Origin: Elusimicrobiota bacterium
GTDB lineage: Bacteria; Elusimicrobiota; Elusimicrobia; F11
Direction of reading: 5' to 3'
NCBI GenBank assembly: GCA_046153645.1
Contig: JBJXGI010000046.1
Location: forward strand, 1 to 56,207
Length of the DNA stretch: 56,207 bases
A program made the position numbers and the translations under genes. Every line of letters starts with the position of its first letter. The first letter of the stretch is position 1. The notes under the pieces are model-generated. The model was given only the letters and a program-made list of their open reading frames with translations, searched no databases and was not told the DNA's origin. Positions 53,901-56,207 of this stretch are shown piece after piece.

Positions 53901-56207
53901 CCTCTTCACCAATAAAATCTGCAAAAACCAAAATACTGGGGTCTAACTTTTGGGGAGTGCGGTTTCCTTCTATAAAACCAATAATTCCGCCCCCTGTCAC
54001 ACCTGCTGGAACACGGACAATGTAGCGGCCTTGGCCATCCAACTGTTCTGGTGTGGCCCACACCACTTGATCAACCGGACCATTGGGTGTTTGAATGACT
54101 TTTGTAAATAAAAACCGAATGGTTGAGATATTCGGGATGTCTGAAAGTGAAAAGATAATGGTTTTTGTATTGGCCGGAATCGGAGAAGCAAAAGAACTAC
54201 CCGATTCACTGAGTTGGAGAACTTCAACGTCCAACGGAAGCCCTACATTATCAGATCCAAAACGACCATTAATAATCAATTTTCCCGCATCTAACACTTC
54301 TTTTCCGGTGGGGCCGATAATGCTTAATGCCACCACGCGTTTGCCATTGACCATTTCAGGGAAATCAATAGTGTAATTGAATTGATTATCTGAAACGAGC
54401 CGCGAAGATTTCACTACTCGTTCGTAGGTTTCGCCGGTGGCGATGTCTTCAATGGTCACCACAAAACGAATATTCTCAACAGACTTAATATTCGGCATGG
54501 TAATTTGAATGGACCGAGCCGGAGCGTCACTGCCAAGATCAGGAATTTTTATAAAAAATGCGGTGCCTGCTTTATTGGGTTTAAAGAGGTTTTGTTCTGC
54601 CCCCGCTAATTGGCCGGGAATGGCGCTATTTCTATACTCCACACTTCCTTCAGGTTGAGGGAAATTAATTTGTTCAAAATTTGAATTTAGCAACACAAAC
54701 CCAAGCGAGTTGCTTAACAACTCAACGGCAAGCCCTTGAACATAATTGATGTCATTGGTTGAAACAAGTCGTGTTCCCACCACAGCTCCATTGGCCAGGG
54801 TTTGGGCAATATAAAGGAAATGGTTGGGCGGAAGCACCGGCAAATGAACAAGGGCGGCCACCGCTTCAGCCGCATTGGTGGGGCGATCGGTAAATAAAAG
54901 ACTGTTATTAATTCTAATAATAGGAAGGCCGTTAGAATCCACTTCGCCCGTATCTTCGCCGGTAGGGGCAATTTGAGACAAAGGATTCACTTTTTCTAAA
55001 TTGCTTAAACCATTTTCAAAAGTGACAATACCCGTGGGAGAAGGAAAATCAGCTTTTTGACCATTGGCTCTGACCAATTCAACAAAAACCTGTGTCGTAT
55101 CGGCGCGTCTTTCAATATTGAGCCCTCCACCAAACATCGCTCTTTCAACACGCACATAGGCAGACCCAAATCTCTCTCCAGCAGCGTTAACTTGAATGAC
55201 TCGAACCAAAAGCCCTTGATCAATCGGGGCCTCAGATATGCGAACTTTCATTCCTTGCGTGGCGCTGATTCCTTCGGGCACTTTCGCAAATAAAAGATAT
55301 TTCACTTCCACTTCTTCTAAACCCTGCGGTACTCTCGCTGGTCCAAAACGGGCACTGGGCGCAACCGGTAAACCAGAGGTAAGCGTTGATTCCGCCTGAA
55401 GCCAAACATTTAAATCTTTTAAGTCTTCAAACTTAGTTGCTTTTCCAGCCCAATCCGTTAATGTAATGGTCATCCCCGTTGAACCAGGAAGACGAGCCAC
55501 TTGAAACCCATCTACAAAGTTAACAGAGCCATCACTCATATTAATTACATTTGTGATATAAACAATGCCATTAACTTCTTGGCCCACGGTTACAAAATAA
55601 CCGACTCCAAATATCGAACGTTCGGGAATTTGATCTTGTCTTATTTGAATTCTTACAAAGTTAGAAGGTTGAGTTGGCATGGGGGCATACAAAACATCTT
55701 CGCGGTCTTGATTGATGGTGGACCCATCAGGCAACGTGATTTTTACTTTGGCTGGGCCAAACAATGTGGAATTTAAGGAATTAACAACCGCGCTACCGGA
55801 ATCATTACTGAATACCACACGCCCCAATTTGATCGGGAATTCTTTCCGGTCTCCATCTGCTTCAACCGCGCTCACAGAAATTCCCGTCGCGCGCGGGTCC
55901 AACTCCACAAAAAAACCATTTTCATAATTAAGGTTTCCCGTATTTAAAAGTTTTGTCCCTAAAACAACTTTAACACCATTAATGGTGACTTCTTGAGTAA
56001 CCCGGATAAGCCCCGCATTTTGAATCATCGGGATATGAATCCTTACTTTGGTGATGTTTTCAGTACCCGCAGGTCTTGCCGCAAAAAGCTGGTCGTCTCT
56101 TGTGATGGGCCTCCCATTTGCATCTTTTTCACCCGCTGGTTCTAAAAGGGCACTGATCAGAGCCGGAGTTCCCGCAGTAAAACTGGGGTCGGCATCCAAA
56201 ATAATAT
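32995..56207 (-). CDS. Giant (>7,734 aa, 5'-truncated by the window) membrane protein with tandem beta-rich repeats, two glycosidase-like helical regions and a processive glycosyltransferase-like domain
   Basis: 23.2-kb frame open to the window edge (the called start is an internal TTG); roughly 110-140 aa repeats at 52060-56207; several TM clusters; SKA / WDRN (36787-36798) / SED (36391-36399) / ARLRW (36253-36267). Confidence 0.85.
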   Translation of the reverse strand, partial: IILDADPSFTAGTPALISALLEPAGEKDANGRPITRDDQLFAARPAGTENITKVRIHIPMIQNAGLIRVTQEVTINGVKVVLGTKLLNTGNLNYENGFFVELDPRATGISVSAVEADGDRKEFPIKLGRVVFSNDSGSAVVNSLNSTLFGPAKVKITLPDGSTINQDREDVLYAPMPTQPSNFVRIQIRQDQIPERSIFGVGYFVTVGQEVNGIVYITNVINMSDGSVNFVDGFQVARLPGSTGMTITLTDWAGKATKFEDLKDLNVWLQAESTLTSGLPVAPSARFGPARVPQGLEEVEVKYLLFAKVPEGISATQGMKVRISEAPIDQGLLVRVIQVNAAGERFGSAYVRVERAMFGGGLNIERRADTTQVFVELVRANGQKADFPSPTGIVTFENGLSNLEKVNPLSQIAPTGEDTGEVDSNGLPIIRINNSLLFTDRPTNAAEAVAALVHLPVLPPNHFLYIAQTLANGAVVGTRLVSTNDINYVQGLAVELLSNSLGFVLLNSNFEQINFPQPEGSVEYRNSAIPGQLAGAEQNLFKPNKAGTAFFIKIPDLGSDAPARSIQITMPNIKSVENIRFVVTIEDIATGETYERVVKSSRLVSDNQFNYTIDFPEMVNGKRVVALSIIGPTGKEVLDAGKLIINGRFGSDNVGLPLDVEVLQLSESGSSFASPIPANTKTIIFSLSDIPNISTIRFLFTKVIQTPNGPVDQVVWATPEQLDGQGRYIVRVPAGVTGGGIIGFIEGNRTPQKLDPSILVFADFIGEEVASAILATDLAFVPNEVGTRYSVAIPLDAESVTVKLPNLPNADRVVFSFSQPLLDLQGNVVMRDGVVVKEKVVVTARVNDDGVFVVDVPRHLYPRIDGMGIEAYEGDSKVLSQIGQGDLIFGTTSAQDVDNMLAANIDVLKPLANGRGYFGIIRDGMTGMRLEVPSFTGVHRIRVMYTKILTDENGKEIIQPAFVTQELLNGGTFELKFPQGASGFAILGFAENSSVPLELGFDGEVRSFQRETTPTNAIKISELVLALAKNTLFYGSELPDNTRSVQLNYQGQLIGFSPVAVIINRLLPDGTYQPLKRIVFPNGIPYGTQINIPDGLGKTAISVQSLWADQPVYLGRSEQLIFVKPSALRSSNGLEFNEDLVNPLKVNDEISTTLGGIDLGRQAVNATNVLVRGTDPGTFVQVFQQVGNDIYSTGLIAGGNAFNVRLNPQGGAPSIRVMRYDASGSLIEIPLPSFLAFELGQQTSGEVMNGIEATQVPKFGVLNSLHFESRFANIPAELVANNGSFSVQMTNLPAGLKVTIQVTVRAVGSDPTTFSIQMTSEELNRLMKEGKNVFALNPNTTAISVTVEKPLPNGKTEPFPVPGGVTFLFGKAVPGALPLMPQAVGGFDRAAFELYMAIIHEGSNFVRENPYFLISYIYETTLYGADGDAVGSQVVFETKIVGGRIPDDGRNVIFRKVISTKYNKDGRSWHERWSESLNQIPVWQRQADNDRLRQQAESLNRLLQLHVDGLFRGMPQRYFTVDDGSIAPLPTNDPKLNFTLTYDNYVAWGGMKKFEDQFGIHEENWSQRVFADVSRHSLDDNDEMYIQPFYTWGKLGINSGKGVRGESGPVTMRVYLIKDNGEIVAFSVIQNMSGPTRIYGPLKGTKKIVVTIHEGNDILPQKEWSADIQIIKRQPVDKSVTVEDIEEGNRSLVRGSPLDRLNLYQLGQIKKIVQDNLDFFIAEEQGQLPKKPTPVESNTSIESDGTGDSALLEELKAQIQKYAPEMLVLLLTAILANEAARFQFKKKMDPKKEEPSVQTPAAPIPVLTIKELRKKRFKSFSKNLFAWTALGSFTASAFSALMSPEILPQLTLYAGGGVAMSVAIMKMWSERGTAKGRAPPPVSGLFFFVSVLIIAAFYLPQYIALPTLPQNFRGALIFVLVFAILIFGIYKYGISALKRGLKNAILIALLGGAGYSAWFYSLKLAEPFSFLRIFDVKTLNITPIEDKKTKKEEVLKPPFKNNLERRVEAERNGPLFEPIFKQNAPQQKPVLNAAEQARAQELEKVLAQFLKKPTPPSSLGDSKLKDAVFLYDHAELIDHLIRRGDIEKAKQLANRLLTGTEDRSPSKLKKPWRLINGVPAQAIYGDSGQIFEMEESFGPSLSLHMAFRNLYLTTGDSFYYKAAVNLLDYALQNQLASGEVRYATGYQNANPEYQIRFYKAARDWYDLFKDKKYELAANKALDYMFEKVPYQDLKDENKFNIEPRMFDFETQQFFIRDNQKLNQPKVGYPIDAKALAVLSIEPEKLEQKGVQYFQLLMKMTEIPKTAFVYEWLSDASLALDQVGIPYVKFNLERMERQWKQTASSIDLGAVIVLRNKLNELEKRSRELKDFLSKMPLQPEQKGGGLAYLYEPITDFDGKTKWIPAEGKAVGVGGMEFFKSMSGTSLISVISAQRPLMGAHRFNPTYLPRFDGLKALAQKAPDISKQQPLFGSAAQVTTEMEEATHNLKMSETIKKVAAHILDDGDVEVAYDRETGVITHRLRKSKIGTYRHDRYDRITGEYVVNVDGVQLQPQIVMEVKLEPGEFEKFSKLEKEGKLDFSYTGELGSQGFRAIDLKNKKAYMKWQVGWKEREVLDNVYWDPQTKKVINSRVLFNPNSPLSTTQDFERDMGNLVLFFELLGGAIEKDAEPTSVGYINEIPGLAALPAHPGDGNPTKVGKRKRFAFPLDPIRVVVIAGVPPGEIMKYLNQGLFAPNHQRVIDPEVRRLANKLINRLANPNLIGQGYQSPLALTLRASLLNALDPKFEIANGHQKHPALEGSKDYIYGLERELAQLLDEHDEFVNSGEVDFAHKKYFDQIMKKRIEILDTFRYDYFGVRKALYWLSQHEEALLKKKNAIPKVDLAAFSGAGTMAGTFLGGQKAAEHRLIDKELAKIDAARQLYWASVDGSQHVLVIGNEQYNRAIRYALGLNGRILKLEEKQNLDDKEKEQLKMLNESYAALYKIINLSKEQGWHEVDKPMDVVFSLGTQYERMVSNEAQELRRLLDLYAKERQGGNFQPAKYLQAIRALRDHSYRRRGVNGGQIVTQFFGVEQSRHHLVRLIENFLKPYEIDIFDPNFVANPGSTVAIARGLIKDGLIDANRLKKTIAPADHPFAPNQVTGALDNYVPLKTITLAGGAEFRWVRATSPNSGHPRLELHNAFGDVLAVIEGADIRISFGKKEENGAITTIKKPLLQNINTSREIKDDLELSVVGTNIILTLNTFTPNFRNPNGASDIISSKKILLNKIDEFFSRFPINMSDYSKERRGVRVLETTLFKADGSRVTVDDNEKRTDEKFSPVSWQTPEKFLKLKESLEGETVTFPGPYVKNPKTFRMIPSAVEVKSGGGKEVYTLQFDPSKPDVPLVDSEGRVVYRIDYIIETAEGETITKSEDRTYDGEFGHLYAIDDLRYRQTTFFDTKAARDHYLAHGKNYDFKTKLVDEKGHALVFYKTNKIEVDKKGNWTRATELWAYPQEFYGNSPLASSRSAEMNAFINDKKNEIKIPESGPSNIYWKVVNMEPHAPGLRDLYGVPVSPVVREEDPFHVVVHEKSIAPLRPGVMGHGSEIRRLVYNKRGDNILKNEPDTIYTSASFRSGPFEWKGELTAKGLAMVLKQERNLMGGYTPSVQWHNSLGQRVAIDRNYASGPQSTPWDRTEFPDFEWHAPSQQWREKGAKNLTRVTNAADFQTGELLPDRLMPVSTSETVATLDQNPYVSGIPLRGKINESRLAELNVFTGGEKYSWKVLTDGEHPVVKTRTQVFAENGNRNTVDILEFTPQENSWQTYGVGGKDGKSTQFGVPVGDENWSDRFMVAIPVRRASGQGWMDPNLDITVTIKDKAGSDVVIGKDGNMRFSTIGEMSVNPQFVRLPNGKLAGGGTNPMRGFSRSLDTNKGSEFLFITVADLTAMGLDVSQIASIGVKMDSDSQDPFVYRGDVIGFQLPGSQVGLGVPQSRRVEVVGGKKVLTPLTEPVTVHHGSRGDTTVSFGPLRLTENGKWMRTSQVFIHGQLTQTNFPLQEGKKVVGVSVNHLPNNSPGYSGPVANITDLNSGWSAGVYAYVYNEKENTVIFYLRDNGYSGAMKLLVYDISTSQFKLDSKGLPEQNLAAIFFGTPAGFKISSDTDTSLAKLLTPEGAQASVFANLVGRFSVGGKKENRIAQLRGPVLPVLVSPASVEEVIGRTPTVHPALTHAPKLTGENPSVESMRHFERNKLKEENIDKAIFDAYVARIKKGGAFKFIPPTETGEKVKDLVTPEKLRTYVELLAKYGTKEQKEGFLKEFSTLIDDANNPLFDSYNIADAQPKKIYPEYDRLGNAENVIKAQLHGADIAMQLWLSTNDPKAFDLFIKCYQHLVRFQAVEKYINLETGKAEYRQGPTVPRGFVEWQPDAGFEWKALGRTIIKGQRVPDGNEITSNALAMMRLGEWAKFVQNSLGTAQNSTVKTSLQTLLDDIQARRNIQQQWLIDNAFAHARDGSVPERVRETRVPEGVEGAKTPEGPKGEITLKDGTKKSVQFDFYQLSRENRTNAYSSLYALMAGSQMVDEDGKTLDAEDVSFFKRLKAMVFKKNLKNMLLQVAQVHGVWVEDKGIKVWGLTPLTPDGSVDVIDVRLTALYVQVAHALGMDEDEMTKIAKQALNAYSKGKGGLLPSIIGLAPESLNNGVRVGNDIYYSNSEVPFWPDTFLGKDKPQALQKDPLLSRENEPKVWGEDLNASDHVRKALKQEPMMTPMADEVDKEANLNIDEVSRLQNPNFKVEQLKYDSTRGRLITAWESLENRLFSQLNGATLMAAIVALFYLIVTLWNVGTYLLSMTMSKRGRFVGPLVTGTLLLGMAVTLVFASSVGLALIPIFMVLRAIGKRLFRVSHKLDEYDVLPPEMVELLQDIYDDRAQKEGKPLSAEDRAGDKLIHRFVQEKLSVYGIEVLGIRKWTYKKKENGKEITSSLNNYQLMWKVVDGKNRSAAELSFIYNMMISYLWLQLLSEPVVIERMAQSQFKTTKLEDATGPPVQDEQDTDELDLSLELDGNASYTSFGSIVPSKEQIEKMLAGIQEFFSEKLLDLNARKRRPETPFRIGEVDTKALLDRSDQSPVYKLLINQFAALSKKNPEMNREDAMLKALNALRTNSFDWLEKDLAVLYTRLTTAQATDLNAIEEILKKELSDFERDYSQANIALPVPEKRMSIVLRRFKNEEKLWKHFQRNANAGLVKPTYPERESLKERELLEKVQLRASIQDLVKRYPKDAAIDVDNSLDFAQKNFLKKLLSLWRPTSFLDHLKNRREKINTDLNGLLGTPRHTQLVEELAKIDKKKNDHDDYVARKSAIRNELGLNLTDEELLERYREEDSLEDRLKKVKGDQYLNSNQKTLIDEYLGITENIKDLTKVSTKQEQLVSSLGLNLSIPDLKNKYKDIPSVNADNSLTLDQRELLRELVAMWNALEQLDDDWGFFQSRNELKEKYTNFSELKELAKKQKRPLSEQQRRSLIQAKLAGDDSLSPEQKAALFELTIIWSGTVWMDDNALNKAFLQKNYYTETRKSHEKTTSLVYDDMEFYWLEIRELLRLAFSDALGLPKERGGDEITFDQAFSRMGFVEREKTIEVRSNQNGRKIQKNVFEWTYDQNTFERKHKEFRETEPNSSLGNNSTNGSVKLMYHLYFHLFFAGLLIAVFHGVGVFGVDPIYNSLPKVLNLAHNYYGTMIFVVAIAGNLFIRLVTYGRTTNVNRAKAIGRWGRGIFSLIGLAGLFLIDSRTQDVGIIRLVLMVALGLEALIRLRYNQSLFSRSFIYHFPYVQRLSFRSILTSHIRTIVFFIFVIGMGLTVWTFFTPSYNLSTSPGQLLSMAGLVVTFILASIIRHFDWDWVDNYLNWQGRMGSLKRIVFLGIGVGFIIPVFIISGSSVAAWVIAAIGILIVIAFYNPSWMSSNARDLISKRYYYLRNYDPKIITWIGMKHIFTIGLIVQFIVSQVAPHDTRLMVATASLISIMILSRYALRMILTVIAGVVQMFGEFLMEPFRRDQVKLFGWVAAFIPIGTAILFFTLLGASKVAVWSFAGFAILVGLYILVTAINGLLAYIKAGHKPRWAWTLGYSVLPIILMLPLFLVFQGEYTGAKAGVSLSYYVLGFFVSVYLLMALVRRIMIASTAIPYPEGSIYLDLFAGLDPIKSTVFDPAKGLKGATDDFMRNVVIARKNRGRGLQSLLIANRKFFDEYTRANNLPSLFEPVGPLAFAMDRVLSKLSFLGFRPIFVRLNQKEINGRVAADLVLEYLLNQLHRKELDVKMTLYDPLLQLEKSARHFSLNPNGNMSPAEKSALNMAFQLRYLIAAQYGETSMDTAVSIAQYYKYWATLPKDKRANNKFLLPNNFGITTANPENPDPESIHRSKFLEFINFITTGKTEDDFVKEKNDPRITEKTEKVAFGVKVGGDFASKAIAVQGLMISFVQPHQLTVKDPETGKTQTIEVEGTFDFSKVAHTLIWDRNMIYDDPKTMADEKFSVMQDQNISLVFPDRDSALPAGHRGGGANSMIALMGEGGASSVQRAIYALNRLDTLGCGWSTSQGTSFMYPVMVGMMNPQYPTRPMTRELVRTGRYNLMKKKFGAVGGSISLFYQSEDYLGSILGDQGQSDVGRSIVRRMWRFFSLKAREGGPHYSINNARLRWVMGLFQLLASPFVGAIDIFSGGSFFDKEGRADGQEYYLLGPVIYPTVTLMGVLILRNWTPFVGIDALWYLFGFLAMQILAAHGILRYTRLSGLLLGGSLGAANFAKGVSVYASGNNIETVGWARSAVLGTDYGLAFQVSLQSELGTDSTRSVIDPWTKEGLSPQSTPQQREKLLAPIIYWEMIISGFFYVSLYYFALIQLNIINVVMLALPLMIVTSQFLAPFIHDNVTGEKGKLHWMMPILGFITAFLFNTAIVAEIYGHAGIGNALGGLVLTAVLGAYTVFKAIPRGRQGKPFSHLAVIMLFPSVLLMLNVISWPWFFVSLAAMVALFVLQFVWIVVTQTIILMLAFVLGATPVINKVFPSIVEFLDNARNLGLVEDKAGYEALSWRAKLGRAIVKFLVANPIRTILVLAMSVILSLVALLLVMNNWFMIQIGAQERKILTAGQKKEEDDDAKKAPPSLWLLNMFIDPSLADDLAGGKKEEIYSRYLTVLTRSFVANSFRLMWFSIAAVAGVVSYNIGNYLFVVQLKEAGIAAMLVVVMFVFVLVVGIIVSYFLFQNIKHRLTLLHEQYKQGQGTFKVLTREDLTPENISRIPEVQNVFEKLLREQKIKNKNIKDILIDLREGRNLGNMKSDDVLKALNAPIEAADSRAVQISNRIYLIQDNWDAHRFIALYMQELFSIFSLKTTTVARRLASVVTLGVVSAEKPSSFTLRYRILRALLLATLAGGLFLTVIYLVWPVMLQKWGFITFSASAGTGTLGMGLLASAPFLFITNPLVIAASVVILAWALLQKLAILPNTVSARKLIQDPVVRTLSSNEKNRIVLIRELNNVLKTQPISLGLSSIKNNELEKTGNNWGDISHYAHKRLNQSMTDDQDPDLVQRVRFNMARNIWNLFMRRDQTAEEKMLAGSMESIYQTTKDITPDMLLNYRFVQSSKEINNSIAFARRQQTSGAVRLQKEVLIANNENAYNYAMAEIAKMPGLAEHMIVIQVPYQEPNANFKQIEAAVKQARPEWVTTVDSGFSRVFIPAWLKQGLNDQFFNESDLKRLALFAVLNDLMNSMVVQIAPASLISNLDDVYNLAASQV

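Noticed and set aside
33860..55927. Many 60-107 aa ORFs inside the large giant gene, and similar ones inside other genes
   Set aside because: Antisense or off-frame shadows with no recognisable motifs

Overview
AT-rich bacterial chromosomal segment, probably Elusimicrobiota or a similar lineage such as Omnitrophota. This is inferred from the giant-protein N-terminal domain, not from a marker gene. Two giant minus-strand genes dominate: a 2,769-aa multidomain membrane protein (1457-9766) and a >7,734-aa protein (32995 to the window edge, 5'-truncated). The larger one combines tandem beta-rich repeats, two helical-toroid glycosidase-like regions, many TM helices and a divergent processive glycosyltransferase-like domain (DRN / SED / RxRW). 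Between them lie housekeeping genes (GSIII glnA with a leader terminator, GH57 branching enzyme, ilvD, frameshifted htrA/degP, rmlBACD, hemY, tRNA-Pro; cobO lies just downstream of the smaller giant), an AglB/STT3-like oligosaccharyltransferase with an altered WWDYG motif, and most of the window's five TA pairs plus a Fic gene. The non-annotated layer is rich. Three unrelated repeat elements sit in frame in the first giant gene. A 171-bp MITE-like element has 13-bp TIRs and an 8-bp TSD. An MNT-HEPN cassette is bracketed by 32-bp direct repeats. A displaced copy of the large giant gene's 3' end brackets the BrnTA module. A Fic gene is apparently cut by a REP, and a small gene is broken by a 5-bp duplication. 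All domain calls are by-eye motif recognition; no searches were run.
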